A DNA stretch of 64,000 nucleotides from Bacteroidota bacterium (GTDB lineage: Bacteria; Bacteroidota; Bacteroidia; Bacteroidales; JAAAOM01). The notes under the pieces are model-generated. The model was not told the origin of the DNA. It did no database searches and saw only the letters and a list, made by a program, of their open reading frames with translations. The translations under genes were made by a program, and so were the position numbers. Shown here piece by piece: positions 49,428-59,969 of this stretch; positions within the stretch are counted from its first letter, which is position 1, and each line of letters begins with the position of its first letter. The DNA lies in NCBI GenBank assembly GCA_009908855.1, contig JAAAOM010000012.1, positions 67,249 to 131,248 of the forward strand, read 5' to 3'.

Positions 49428-50339
49428 TTGGCCATACAATTTTTAGCAAATAAAGACATCAACTACCAACGCTGGAACAATTGCATCCAAAAGTCATATA
49501 ATGGCAATGTGTTTGGTTATACCTGGTACCTGAATATTTTAGATGACGATTGGTATGGAATCATTGAGGACGATTATAAAACAGTAATGCCGGTGTTTGC
49601 TTATAAAAAGTACAATCGTCTTATTGGATACACACCCGAATTAGGGAGTCAGTTCGGGATTTACAGCCAGCAAATTCTTTCAACTCAAAAAACCAATGAA
49701 TTTATTGACCTGCTGAATAAAAAACTATCCGCTTATCATATACACCTCAATAAATTTAATACTATCCGACGAACCGATATACAAGTAAAACATGTGCCGG
49801 TATACGAGCTTGATTTAATAAAACCTTATAAAAAAATTTTCTATTCGTATGATTTCGATACCCGCAAAAAAATTCAGCAGGCCGAAAAAAATAATATCTC
49901 GATATTAAATGGCCTGCGCCCGAGCGAATTCATCAACTTTCTTTACAAAGAAGAAAAAAATCTTAAGTTTGAAGTGGAGACCATCCGCATTGCCCGCCTG
50001 CGGTTGCTAATTTCAACAGCCCTGCGTTATCGTATGGGGCAAATGATGGGTGCCTATACACGCGAGAATACATTATGCGCCGTGGCTTTTTTGGTATGGG
50101 GTAAAAACAAAATTCACCTTAAATTTCTGGCTTCCAACCAAATAGGCATTGATGAAAAAGCCATTTATTTATTATTAGATCATTATGTTAAAGGAAAATC
50201 AGAAAAAAATTTAATTTTGAGCATGGAACCAGGTGCATTTATCAAACACCCGGACCTATTTAAAGAATTTGGAACCATTGAAGCCAAAAGTCAGGTAATC
50301 ATCAAGAAAAAAAATAACTGGTTCCGATTAAAAAGATAG
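49428..50339 (+). CDS. hypothetical protein; possibly an acyltransferase/FemAB-like fold, unverified
   Basis: The 303-aa ORF opens with TTG at 49428 and is tightly packed between radC and upp. I recognise no clear motif. Confidence 0.5.
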   Translation: MAIQFLANKDINYQRWNNCIQKSYNGNVFGYTWYLNILDDDWYGIIEDDYKTVMPVFAYKKYNRLIGYTPELGSQFGIYSQQILSTQKTNEFIDLLNKKLSAYHIHLNKFNTIRRTDIQVKHVPVYELDLIKPYKKIFYSYDFDTRKKIQQAEKNNISILNGLRPSEFINFLYKEEKNLKFEVETIRIARLRLLISTALRYRMGQMMGAYTRENTLCAVAFLVWGKNKIHLKFLASNQIGIDEKAIYLLLDHYVKGKSEKNLILSMEPGAFIKHPDLFKEFGTIEAKSQVIIKKKNNWFRLKR

Positions 50340-50341
50340 AA

Positions 50342-50992
50342 ATGTTAAGAATATTAGGCGACCATAATTCAATCATCAATAACTTTCTGTTGCAAATGCG
50401 CGATGTAAATTTGCAGCAGGACAGAATGCGCTTCAGACGAAACCTTGAGCGTATTGGTGAAATATTTGCCTACGAAATTAGCAAAGCGCTTACTTATAAA
50501 AATTATGAGGTAACCACCCCTTTAGGAGTGGCCAGGGTACCGGTTTACGAGGAAAACATTGTACTGGCCACCCTGCTTAGGTCAGGCTTACCCTTTCAGC
50601 AAGGTATATTGAATTATTTCGATCAGGCCGAAAGTGCATTCATATCGGCTTATCGCAGATTTGAAGAAGGAGATGAGTTTAAAATTTCCTTTGGCAATAT
50701 TACCTCTCCTGATATTAATAATAAAACCTTAATACTGAGTGATCCCATGCTGGCCTCAGGTTCATCAATGTACATGGCATACAAAGCGTTGCTCGACAAA
50801 GGAAAACCGCAACACACGCATATTGTATCCATTATTGCCAGTGAAGAAGGGGTGAATTACCTGAAAAAACATTTATCAACCAAAAATTCAACTATTTGGA
50901 CGGTTGCGATCGATAACGAATTAACCGTAAAATCATACATCGTACCAGGCCTGGGTGATGCCGGAGACCTGGCTTATGGGCACAAAGCTTAG
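50342..50992 (+). CDS. upp: uracil phosphoribosyltransferase
   Basis: The PRPP motif is LILSDPMLASGSS and the C-terminal motif is YIVPGLGDAGD. Length is 216 aa. Confidence 0.9.
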   Translation: MLRILGDHNSIINNFLLQMRDVNLQQDRMRFRRNLERIGEIFAYEISKALTYKNYEVTTPLGVARVPVYEENIVLATLLRSGLPFQQGILNYFDQAESAFISAYRRFEEGDEFKISFGNITSPDINNKTLILSDPMLASGSSMYMAYKALLDKGKPQHTHIVSIIASEEGVNYLKKHLSTKNSTIWTVAIDNELTVKSYIVPGLGDAGDLAYGHKA

Positions 50993-51486
50993 TTGTTGTC
51001 AAAAACATGAACCGTCAATTCATCCTTACATACATGTAACAATTCGCTTACCTTTTTACGATACACGGGGTGTATAAAATCAGGTAACAATTCATTCAAC
51101 GGAACGAGGGTAAATTTTCTTTCATGCAGGCGGGGATGTGGTATGGTTAAATTATTTTTTTCAATAATATCATCATTGTAAAAAAGTATATCAATATCGA
51201 TTTTTCGGGAAGTATAGCCTTCTTCAGGATTGCGTATACGTCCCATAGCTGATTCGATTTGCTTGGTAGTATGAAGAAGGTCAACTGCACTTAACGCTGA
51301 CTGACAGATAATTACCTGGTTCAGAAAGTTAAATTCCGTTATAAAACCCCAGGGTTCTGTCTCATATAATTGTGAGTGACGGGTAATGTTCCCGACTTTT
51401 TCACGAATATGTTCCACAGCATCTTTTATGTATTGTGTGCGGTTATATAGATTACTGCCAAGCAGCAGCACAACGGTATTCATCAT
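50989..51486 (-). CDS. folK: 2-amino-4-hydroxy-6-hydroxymethyldihydropteridine diphosphokinase (HPPK)
   Basis: VVLLLGSNL, YETEPWG, IDIDILFY and IPHPRLHERKFTLVPLNEL are present. I prefer the ATG at 51486 (MMNTV...) over the track start at 51519. Confidence 0.85.
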   Translation of the reverse strand: MMNTVVLLLGSNLYNRTQYIKDAVEHIREKVGNITRHSQLYETEPWGFITEFNFLNQVIICQSALSAVDLLHTTKQIESAMGRIRNPEEGYTSRKIDIDILFYNDDIIEKNNLTIPHPRLHERKFTLVPLNELLPDFIHPVYRKKVSELLHVCKDELTVHVFDNN

Positions 51487-51780
51487 ATTTAGTTTAATTA
51501 AAAAGGTGTAAAGATACATCGTTGGTTTCTATTTCTAAAGTTCTTATTTTAGGCTTGACCAAGTTGTTACCGAATTGCTGTAGGTCTAAAACCTATTCCT
51601 GTTCATGTTGCCGCCTTCCTGCTTAGCAGCAGCGTAATTATGATGCCGGGACAAGGGATACATTCTGTTCAGTATAACTATTAGACCAGCAGGTTTTGCG
51701 TGTTACGAAATTTTAAAACATTTTTGGTCGAATGAATGTTTCCATCAAAACAAAAATGAAACAGATGAATATAAATTAAA

Positions 51781-51920
51781 ATGCGTATCGGATTATTAAC
51801 CCAAGTATTAAAAAACTAAAAATGAACACCACAAATTCCCCTCTTCAGAGGGGTTTAGGGGTGTGTTATTATAAAAACCTGTTCATTTTTTAGTTTTTGG
51901 GTACAAAATCCAATACCCAT
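51781..51920 (+). mobile_element. 140-bp MITE-like palindromic element, copy A, flanked by the 10-bp direct repeat ATAAATTAAA
   Basis: Terminal inverted repeats are ATGCGTATCGGATT... and ...AATCCAATACCCAT. Identical flanks lie at 51771-51780 and 51921-51930. The core is nearly identical to the copies at 59811 and 61854. Confidence 0.75.
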
Positions 51921-51936
51921 ATAAATTAAATAACCC

Positions 51937-53706
51937 ATGAGAAGCTTTTTAAAATATGTTTTAGCCAGTATGGTTGGCGTGCTTGTAGCATCGAGTGTAC
52001 TCCTGTTGATAGGTGTTGCCATGATCGGTTCGGCACTATCAAAATCCGATAAAGCTATTGAAGTTAAAGATAACAGCATTTTGTATCTGAAACTGAATTA
52101 CGAGATAAAGGACCGTACCTCCAAAGACCCTTTTGAGTATTACGATTTCCGACAATTAAAAATGAAACCCCAACTGGGATTAAATGATATACTGCTGTAT
52201 ATTGAGAAAGCCGGTACCGATGAAAATATCAAGGGTATTTTTCTTGATCTTTCCGCTGTTCCGGCAGGAATGTCTCAACTGGAAGAAATCAGAAGAGCGC
52301 TGGATGAATTCAGGCGCAACAATAAATTTGTGATAGCACATGCCGATTCCTATTCCTATAAAAGTTATTACCTGGCATCAGTAGCAGATAAAGTTTTTTT
52401 AACACCAACCGGGCTTATTGAATTTACCGGATTAAGTGCAGAAATTCTGTATTTCAAAAAAGCCTTGGAAAAGCTGGGTGTTGAGGCAACCATTTTCAGA
52501 ACAGGAAAATACAAAAGTGCTGTTGAGCCATTGATGCAGGAGGAGATGAGCGAAGCAAACAGGGAACAGATATCCGCCTTTCTAAACGGTACCTGGAAAC
52601 ACAGTTTGGATAAAATAGCCGCTAACAGAGCATCAACAGTTGATAAACTGGATTACCTGGCTGATAATTTATCGATTAATAACACCCAGGCCTGCCTGGA
52701 AGAAAATTTGGTGGACAGCCTGATCTATGCTGACCAGGTGATCGATTATCTTAAATCGCTGGTGAATTTTCCTCCGGAAAAGGACCTGAATATGCTCAGG
52801 CTTCACAGCTATGCCAATACCCCTAAACCCCGTTCAGGTAAAGGGCTGGCAAAAGATCAACTGGCTGTTATTTACGCTGAAGGAGACATTATGACCGGTG
52901 AGGGCAATGAAGGTACTATCGGCGCAGACCGGTTGGCCGCTGCCATCCGAAAAGCAAGAAAGGACAGTGCAGTTAAGGCCATTGTTTTCCGTGTAAATTC
53001 ACCCGGTGGCAGTGCGCTGGCTTCGGAAATAATTTTAAGAGAAATGGACCTGGCACGTAAAGAAAAACCTGTGATTGCCTCTATGGGCAATATGGCCGCA
53101 TCGGGTGGTTACTATATTTCGTGTATGGCTGATACAATCATTTGTAATGCAACTACTTTAACCGGTTCTATAGGCGTATTTGGCGCGCTCATTAACATAC
53201 GGGAATTTATGAATGAAAAAGCCGGCATTCATGTTGACGTTGTAAAAACCAATGAACATGCCGATCTGTTTTCACCATTCAGGGAGATGGAATCATCCGA
53301 AAAACAGGTTATTCAAAGTGCCATTGATACCATATACACAACCTTTCTTAACCATGTATCAGCAGGAAGAAATTTACCGGTGAGTACCGTTGAAAGCCTG
53401 GCACAGGGACGTATTTGGCTGGGTGAAGATGCCGTTGATAATAACCTGGCCGATATGATTGGCGGCCTCGACCTGGCTATTGACATAGCGGCCCAAAAAG
53501 CAAACCTTGAACATTACCGTACCATTGAATTGCCGGAACAGGTTACCCCTTTGGAAGAAATTTTCAAACAAATGGGGCAGGAAATAAAAACATTTTTTAT
53601 GAAAGATGAGCTGGGTGAATATTATCAGCACATTAAAACCCTTAAAAACATGACGGAGCAAAAAGGTATCCGGGCCCGACTACCTTATGACCTGGAGATA
53701 AAGTAA
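51937..53706 (+). CDS. sppA: signal peptide peptidase SppA, 67K type
   Basis: 589 aa with an N-terminal TM helix and two S49 domains (RVNSPGGSALASE; GNMAASGGYYIS). Confidence 0.9.
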   Translation: MRSFLKYVLASMVGVLVASSVLLLIGVAMIGSALSKSDKAIEVKDNSILYLKLNYEIKDRTSKDPFEYYDFRQLKMKPQLGLNDILLYIEKAGTDENIKGIFLDLSAVPAGMSQLEEIRRALDEFRRNNKFVIAHADSYSYKSYYLASVADKVFLTPTGLIEFTGLSAEILYFKKALEKLGVEATIFRTGKYKSAVEPLMQEEMSEANREQISAFLNGTWKHSLDKIAANRASTVDKLDYLADNLSINNTQACLEENLVDSLIYADQVIDYLKSLVNFPPEKDLNMLRLHSYANTPKPRSGKGLAKDQLAVIYAEGDIMTGEGNEGTIGADRLAAAIRKARKDSAVKAIVFRVNSPGGSALASEIILREMDLARKEKPVIASMGNMAASGGYYISCMADTIICNATTLTGSIGVFGALINIREFMNEKAGIHVDVVKTNEHADLFSPFREMESSEKQVIQSAIDTIYTTFLNHVSAGRNLPVSTVESLAQGRIWLGEDAVDNNLADMIGGLDLAIDIAAQKANLEHYRTIELPEQVTPLEEIFKQMGQEIKTFFMKDELGEYYQHIKTLKNMTEQKGIRARLPYDLEIK

Positions 53707-53742
53707 CGCATTGCGGTCTTTGATATAACACAATAATTTGCC

Positions 53743-54810
53743 ATGAAACCAGGTCTGATCCATAAGCTGAATAAAGCACAATTGCTCCTGCTGCCATTCA
53801 GTTTAATGTATGGTTTCGTGGTTTTAATACGCAATAAGTTGTTCGACTGGCAATGGCTGGGGTCCCGTCAATTTGAGATACCGGTTATTTCAGTGGGCAA
53901 TATTTCGGTTGGCGGGACTGGTAAAACTCCGCACGTAGAGTATATTGCCAGGCTTTTTCAATTCAATATGGCCGTATTAAGCCGCGGTTATGGCCGAAGT
54001 ACTAAAGGGTTTAGAATTGTCCGTGAAAATGATAAGCCCGAAAACACGGGAGATGAACCCCTGCAAATCAAATCCAAATTTCCGGATATCACTGTGGCCG
54101 TTTGTGAACAACGTGTTATTGGTGTGGAAAGGTTATTGTCGATACATAATCAGCTACAACTTATTATGTTGGATGATGCTTTTCAGCACCGGTATATCAG
54201 GCCGGGATTATCTATTGTGCTCATAAACTACCATAAATTGATCTACCACGATTATTTATTGCCTGCCGGTCGGTTGAGGGAACCTGTAAAAGGACTTAAA
54301 AGGGCGCATGTCGCAGTGGTAACAAAATGTCCCGTTGAATTATCACCGGAGGAAAAAATAAAAATTGTCAGCAGACTCAACAGGATAGCATCAATGCCCG
54401 TGTTTTTCAGCACTTTTAAATATGGCACTGCGGTAGGTGTTTTTACCAGTCAGTCGTTGACATCCATTACGAATCATCATATTTTGCTGGTTAGCGGCAT
54501 TGCTGACCCGGCACCGCTTAAAAAATATCTGAATGCGGAACAAATAACCGAATTACGCTATCCCGATCATCATACATTTACACAAAGCGACGTAAATCAC
54601 ATTTTAAAAACCTTTAATAACATTCACAATAAAAACAAGGTATTGATTACCACCGAAAAGGATATGCAACGGTTTAAGCCATTCGAATCATTATTCACGG
54701 AAACTCGCGATAAATTCTTTTATGTACCCATTGAAGTAAATTTTTTATTTGATGATGCTGAAAAGTTTAACAAAATAGTGGTGAATTATGTGGAAGAACA
54801 CAAACCGTAA
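53743..54810 (+). CDS. lpxK: tetraacyldisaccharide 4-prime-kinase
   Basis: The P-loop GNISVGGTGKTP is followed by LSRGYGR and MLDDAFQH. Confidence 0.9.
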   Translation: MKPGLIHKLNKAQLLLLPFSLMYGFVVLIRNKLFDWQWLGSRQFEIPVISVGNISVGGTGKTPHVEYIARLFQFNMAVLSRGYGRSTKGFRIVRENDKPENTGDEPLQIKSKFPDITVAVCEQRVIGVERLLSIHNQLQLIMLDDAFQHRYIRPGLSIVLINYHKLIYHDYLLPAGRLREPVKGLKRAHVAVVTKCPVELSPEEKIKIVSRLNRIASMPVFFSTFKYGTAVGVFTSQSLTSITNHHILLVSGIADPAPLKKYLNAEQITELRYPDHHTFTQSDVNHILKTFNNIHNKNKVLITTEKDMQRFKPFESLFTETRDKFFYVPIEVNFLFDDAEKFNKIVVNYVEEHKP

Positions 54811-54880
54811 AAATAATTAATGAATATCCGTAATCGCTCATAATTGAAAATGCGTGTTTAAAACATATTTTATATTCCTG

Positions 54881-57800
54881 TTACTGTACTTTCCTGCCCA
54901 CTACACAAGTTTCCTTAAATACCTCTACATGTCCGCTTTCACTTACGAATTCAACATATACAAGATAAATTCCAATCGGGCATATCAAGTCATTTCTGTT
55001 TCTGCCGTCCCAGGTAAAGAAACCGTTATGACTCACCAGTTCATCCTGTTTTATGCGCACAACAAACTGTCCGTTGCTATTGTAAATCCAGGCATGGAGG
55101 ATATAGTTCCCCTCGGGTAATGCATAGGTAAAAATAACTTCATCCTGATAGCCATCAGCGTTGGGTGTAATCAAACGCGGTTCTGCGGTAAACTTACTTT
55201 CATTATCCATGCCCGAAGTGAAATTGGCATTTTTACAACCCGGTGTGCCATAGTGGGTAGCTGCAATGCCTGACCGCCAGTTATCAGCCTGTTGCCCCGG
55301 CCAATTCGGATTTAACCTTTCCAGTGCTACCCCGTCTTCATTCTTTACCCAGTCTGAATGCCAGGAATGATCGTAATATAGGCTATCAATTCGTACCTGC
55401 TCTTGATTAATCAATGCCAATCCACCCGATTCATAAGGCATTGAGGGCATCTGTGTTGTTTCAATACGGAATCCATTACATGACTCATAGTTTTCGGAAA
55501 GAAAGGTAGTATCGGAACTCACCACAAATAGTTGATCAGGATATAGCAGATACGACGACTCACTCAGGCTCAATGGCGGCTCCTTAAACTGATTTCCGGA
55601 TTCGAGCGATACGAGTGCAAGCTCTTTTAGGTCCAGGATTTTATCAGATCGGTTTATCATTTCAATATAGTCAGGGCCACCAGGTAAAGGATTAAACATC
55701 AGTTCGTTCATTATTACATCTTGTTTTTGTGTTTGCTGCGGATAACTAAATTGAAAGGTATGGCCCGATTGATTGCGATTACCCGCACAATCTGCAAATC
55801 CCTCGTCCATCTGTAGTTGATATGATTGTGCAGAGTCAAAATGAATGGTGAAATAGACATCGATATATCTTCGCATCGGAAACTCAAAATCGATCGCATG
55901 GGGTATAATTTCATCATTCACCCTTATCAAATCAAGTGAGACCGAGGTTGTATCCAGCGGTTCACTGAAATGGATACGAAGGATTGAATCGTGCGTAAAC
56001 CCGATTCGTTTAGCAAAGGGTGATTTGGTATCCCGGTTCGCAGCGGAAACAGAATTTTTTTCTCCCGGTGTGCCGCCACTTTTATTTATACTTTCCTGCC
56101 AATTCAATTCACCGTCACAAGGATTATGAATATCTGTCATTTCAAGCGACCATCCGCCATTTTGTTTGTATTCACTTGCCATCCAACTTTTGTTATAGGT
56201 AGTTGCATGAATAACCATTGACAAACTATCCAAAAGCGCTATCTCGCCTTCATTATTGGCGATGGCAGGCAGATTGAACAGCAACATATTGACAGAATCC
56301 GGAAATTTATTTTGTGCCGATTCGTTGGCCAACACCACATAATTGTCCGGATCAAGATTATAAAATGGTAAATTGCTGATACTGCCATTAATAAATAATT
56401 GCCATTTATCCAGATTTACCGGGTAATTACTCCGGTTGTAAAGCTCAATATACTCTTCCTCGGGCAGTCCGTAAACAGGAACGGGATCCGCCATTATTTC
56501 GGTGATTAATACATCATTGGGTTGGGCTACTACCCATTGAATGGTGGCTTCAATGGTGGTATTGACATTTCCGCATAAATCAATGATTTCAGTAATGGAT
56601 AACTGATAATCTTTCCCTTTTTCAATGGCAGATTGAAAGGATACATTCAGCGTAGTATCATTTATCCAGCGCATATATTTCGGTTGGCCAAGGTCCGGAT
56701 TTAACGTGAAATTACCAGTGTTAAGCGCTGATTTTTGGATGGGTTCAGAAAACACAAGCTGTACTTGCTTACTATCCAATATATTGTATCGGTTAAGCAT
56801 TGGTTTTTCGGCATCCTGGTTGAATCTGTGGACGGAATTGATGCGTCCGGGTGTACCACCTGACGAATGCTTGCTGGATGACCAATTTATCGCCGGATGA
56901 CATTGATTCAGGGGGTCTATTATTTCAAGCGACCATCCGCCATTTTGTTTCTCGGTATTTGCATGAATTGCCGGGTGATATACAAATGCATTAATCACAA
57001 CACCCTTTTCATTCTTAATATTTATGGAATCACCGTCATTGGATAAGCTATATTTGGAAGTAAACAACGGCATGGTACTAATCGAATCTCCAAACAGTTC
57101 TGTACCGGCATCCTGGCATACGATCATATATTCACCGGGAGCTATGATTTTATCAGGTAAAATCCATTTTTCCTCACCCACATTCAATTCCCATTGATAT
57201 AAACATTGCGAATGTGGGGATGTATTCAAAACCTCAATATATTCAACATCAGGTAAACCAACCACAGGAGTCGGATCATACATAACTTCTGAAATAATGA
57301 GATCATTCATATCCGGTTGATAATAATTCAATTCCAGGATGGTGTCAGTTAGAAAATTACCGGATAAATCTTCAATGCCATTCAAATGAATATCTAATGG
57401 GTTTTCATACCCGATCTCAGGGTTTATCCATAACCTGCATTCCTGGTTTGAGATGGTTTCAATATGTTTAACAATACCGGGAATACCGCCGAAAATATTA
57501 TTGTGAATAAAACCGGCAGCATTACAGGGTTCATTAAATTTAATTTTAATCAGCGTGTCCGTTAAAAAATATGCCGCTTCAATGGCAGGTGGCACGGTAT
57601 CGGATACAAATGCTCCGGTTATCGAGAGATTATCGAACCACAATGCCCGATCATAAGATTGGGTGTAGGCATAGTAAATACCAAATGAAGTTGTAGCCAT
57701 TGATTGTTGATCTGTTACCTGTCCCAGTTTTGTTAGCTGCGTGCTATCACCTTCAATATTTATAAATAATTCCCAAAGTCCCTGAACAGACCGGTGAATT

Positions 57801-58345
57801 TCAATATATGGTGCCAATTCGGTGCCAATGCTATCCTGCCAGTTCAGATCCGTATCAATGCGTGTTGACAATATTCCGTTCTTCACGCTCCACAGTTTAA
57901 GCTCATCATCATTACCGGTAAAGTTTACGCCTACACAATATGCATTTTGTATCAAATCGGGTGTCAGGTGATGAACGGAAGCATCAGAAACCGGAAATAC
58001 ACACCAGTTGTTCGATGCAGACGGATTTTGCCCATGTCTGACACGAAATGACCAGATAGTTGATAACGAATCCGGTATTAATGGTTTATGTTTCAATGCA
58101 ATTTGGTCGTGGCCGGCATCCTGGTTGTCGAAAATATGCTGTAATGAGAACAGACCTGAAATTGCCTGATTTTCTGTTATATCCCAATTATTTGGTGTGG
58201 ATTGCACCCATTGCCCGGATAAATTCTCTTCAAAATTTTCAACGATCTGTGCCTGTATATGAACTGTTAGGGCAAAAAGAAGCACCGGATATTTTAGAAA
58301 ACCAAAATAAATTGCGAATTTTGTGCTCCTAAACGCAAATTCCAT
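54881..58345 (-). CDS. large secreted protein with three lamin-tail-domain (LTD) repeats and a beta-sandwich C-terminal domain
   Basis: There are three LTD starts: ISEVMYDPTPVVGLPDVEYIEVLN, ITEIMADPVPVYGLPEEEYIELYN and MNELMFNPLPGGPDYIEMIN. Each is followed by ...NGGWSLE. The C-terminus ITPNADGYQDEVIF...WDGRN...GIYLVYVEF is like gliding/T9SS-associated tails. Confidence 0.75.
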   Translation of the reverse strand: MEFAFRSTKFAIYFGFLKYPVLLFALTVHIQAQIVENFEENLSGQWVQSTPNNWDITENQAISGLFSLQHIFDNQDAGHDQIALKHKPLIPDSLSTIWSFRVRHGQNPSASNNWCVFPVSDASVHHLTPDLIQNAYCVGVNFTGNDDELKLWSVKNGILSTRIDTDLNWQDSIGTELAPYIEIHRSVQGLWELFINIEGDSTQLTKLGQVTDQQSMATTSFGIYYAYTQSYDRALWFDNLSITGAFVSDTVPPAIEAAYFLTDTLIKIKFNEPCNAAGFIHNNIFGGIPGIVKHIETISNQECRLWINPEIGYENPLDIHLNGIEDLSGNFLTDTILELNYYQPDMNDLIISEVMYDPTPVVGLPDVEYIEVLNTSPHSQCLYQWELNVGEEKWILPDKIIAPGEYMIVCQDAGTELFGDSISTMPLFTSKYSLSNDGDSINIKNEKGVVINAFVYHPAIHANTEKQNGGWSLEIIDPLNQCHPAINWSSSKHSSGGTPGRINSVHRFNQDAEKPMLNRYNILDSKQVQLVFSEPIQKSALNTGNFTLNPDLGQPKYMRWINDTTLNVSFQSAIEKGKDYQLSITEIIDLCGNVNTTIEATIQWVVAQPNDVLITEIMADPVPVYGLPEEEYIELYNRSNYPVNLDKWQLFINGSISNLPFYNLDPDNYVVLANESAQNKFPDSVNMLLFNLPAIANNEGEIALLDSLSMVIHATTYNKSWMASEYKQNGGWSLEMTDIHNPCDGELNWQESINKSGGTPGEKNSVSAANRDTKSPFAKRIGFTHDSILRIHFSEPLDTTSVSLDLIRVNDEIIPHAIDFEFPMRRYIDVYFTIHFDSAQSYQLQMDEGFADCAGNRNQSGHTFQFSYPQQTQKQDVIMNELMFNPLPGGPDYIEMINRSDKILDLKELALVSLESGNQFKEPPLSLSESSYLLYPDQLFVVSSDTTFLSENYESCNGFRIETTQMPSMPYESGGLALINQEQVRIDSLYYDHSWHSDWVKNEDGVALERLNPNWPGQQADNWRSGIAATHYGTPGCKNANFTSGMDNESKFTAEPRLITPNADGYQDEVIFTYALPEGNYILHAWIYNSNGQFVVRIKQDELVSHNGFFTWDGRNRNDLICPIGIYLVYVEFVSESGHVEVFKETCVVGRKVQ

Positions 58346-58406
58346 TTGATCTTAGGGTTTTGAATGTGATTAAGGATATTAATATTCAACTAAAATAAAC
58401 AAAAAA

Positions 58407-59414
58407 ATGAAAGTAGCAATTGTCGGAGTCAGTGGCGCAGTGGGTCAGGAATTTTTGAGCATTTTGGAGCAGCGCAATTTTCATATCGATGAACTGGTAT
58501 TATTCGGATCAGCACGCAGTGCAGGTAAAGAATATACATTCAGGGGAAAAACACTGAAGGTGAAGGAACTGGCACACAACGATGATTTTAGAGGGATAGA
58601 CATTGCACTTACATCTGCCGGGGGAGGCACTTCCATTGATTATGCCTCAACCATTACCAGGCATGGTACCTTAATGATCGATAATTCCAGTGCCTTCCGA
58701 ATGGAAAACGATGTGCCATTGGTTGTGCCGGAAGTGAATGCCGAGGATGCCAAAAACAGGCCCCGAAATATCATTGCCAATCCCAATTGCACAACCATAC
58801 AAATGGTGGTAGCCTTAAAACCCATTGAGGATTTGTCGCATATTACCAAAATTTATCTGTCCACCTATCAGTCGGCAAGCGGTGCAGGTGCCGCCGCCAT
58901 GCACGAACTGGAAGAACAAACCCGGCAATGGGCGAACAATGAGACATTGAGCGTAGATAAATTTCCGCATCAACTGGCCTTTAACGTGCTTCCACAGGTT
59001 GATAAATTTATGGAGAACGATTACACCAAAGAGGAAATGAAAACTTTCTACGAGACACAAAAAATTATGCATTCCGATGTGCTGGTAAGCACCACATGTG
59101 TTCGTGTACCCGTTCTTCGCGCACACTCCGAAGCTATTTGGTGTGAAACCGAGCGTGCATTAACAGTTGAAGAAGTAAAAGAAGCATTTAAAAAGGCCAA
59201 AGGCATCACGGTGGAGGATGATTCCCGGGCTGCTAAATACCCGATGCCATTGTATGTTGCCAACCAGGATAATGTTTTTGTTGGGCGTATCCGTAAGGAT
59301 CTGGCCAACCCGAATGGTATTGCCTTTTGGTGCGTGGGCGACCAGTTACGCAAAGGAGCAGCGTTAAATGCCATTCAGATTGCCGAATATGTGGTGGAAA
59401 ATAAGTTATTATGA
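58407..59414 (+). CDS. asd: aspartate-semialdehyde dehydrogenase
   Basis: [16 protein letters not shown], the active-site region IANPNCTT and [10 protein letters not shown] are present. Length is 335 aa. Confidence 0.95.
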   Translation: MKVAIVGVSGAVGQEFLSILEQRNFHIDELVLFGSARSAGKEYTFRGKTLKVKELAHNDDFRGIDIALTSAGGGTSIDYASTITRHGTLMIDNSSAFRMENDVPLVVPEVNAEDAKNRPRNIIANPNCTTIQMVVALKPIEDLSHITKIYLSTYQSASGAGAAAMHELEEQTRQWANNETLSVDKFPHQLAFNVLPQVDKFMENDYTKEEMKTFYETQKIMHSDVLVSTTCVRVPVLRAHSEAIWCETERALTVEEVKEAFKKAKGITVEDDSRAAKYPMPLYVANQDNVFVGRIRKDLANPNGIAFWCVGDQLRKGAALNAIQIAEYVVENKLL

Positions 59415-59467
59415 GCGATATAATGCCAGTTGATTCGATTTATGGCAATTAATTACCAACCAGGTTT

Positions 59468-59689
59468 ATGCAGCAACTTGCCAAAATACTCATTGCCATA
59501 GGTATTATTACCATCATTATCGGGGTAATTATGTATCTTGGCGGAAATAAGTTAAACTGGCTCTTCCGGCTGCCTGGCGATATTCGCATTGAAAAAGAGA
59601 ATTTTCGTTTCTATTTTCCCGTCACGTCTATGATTATTATCAGTATCGTACTAACACTCATAATACAGTTACTGAAGCGTTTTTTTTAA
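59468..59689 (+). CDS. DUF2905-like small membrane protein
   Basis: 73 aa with two TM helices and the central LPGDIRIEKENFRFYFP motif. Confidence 0.7.
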   Translation: MQQLAKILIAIGIITIIIGVIMYLGGNKLNWLFRLPGDIRIEKENFRFYFPVTSMIIISIVLTLIIQLLKRFF

Positions 59690-59810
59690 TCTTATAGGTT
59701 AATACCGAATCAGTATTGTACCCAACACCAATTACACCTATAAAAAAGCCAATGGTCAATAATATTTTTAAATTTCGCATGAGCTGTCTATATTCGTGCA
59801 TATTATGAAA

Positions 59811-59950
59811 AATGAGTATCGGGTTATTAACCTAAGTATTATAAAACTAAAAATGAACACCACAAATTCCCCTCTTCAGAGGGGTTTAGGGGTGTGTTAT
59901 AATAAAAACCTGTTCATTTTTTAGTTTTTGGGTACAATATCCGATACCTA
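59811..59950 (+). mobile_element. 140-bp MITE-like palindromic element, copy B, flanked by the 10-bp direct repeat TATTATGAAA
   Basis: Identical flanks lie at 59801-59810 and 59951-59960. It has the same orientation as copy A and a nearly identical core. It ends 19 nt upstream of the GHMP kinase ATG. Confidence 0.75.
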
Positions 59951-59969
59951 TATTATGAAATAAAACAAC

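Noticed and set aside
50721-50734. A 14-nt perfect complement (ATAAAACCTTAATA) to the conserved core of sRNA-like units 1 and 3, inside the upp coding region
   Set aside because: It lies mid-gene rather than at a translation start. In an AT-rich 64-kb window, and with about 200 possible 14-mers from the three units, one such hit is plausibly chance. I noted it only as a target candidate to include in a proper genome-wide prediction.
51583-51687. A GC-richer 105-nt island bounded by the 7-bp inverted repeat GGTCTAA/TTAGACC, upstream of folK
   Set aside because: I compared it by eye with SRP RNA, ZTP and THF riboswitch consensus features. None of the hallmark motifs is present, and the internal pairing is poor. 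The evidence is insufficient for a call.
59658-59801. 47-aa hydrophobic minus-strand ORF (MHEYRQLMRNLKILLTIGFFIGVIGVGY...) overlapping the 3-prime end of the DUF2905 gene
   Set aside because: It overlaps a better-supported gene by about 30 nt, and its start codon abuts the MITE target duplication. AT-rich sequence readily yields short hydrophobic ORFs, and there is no supporting signal.
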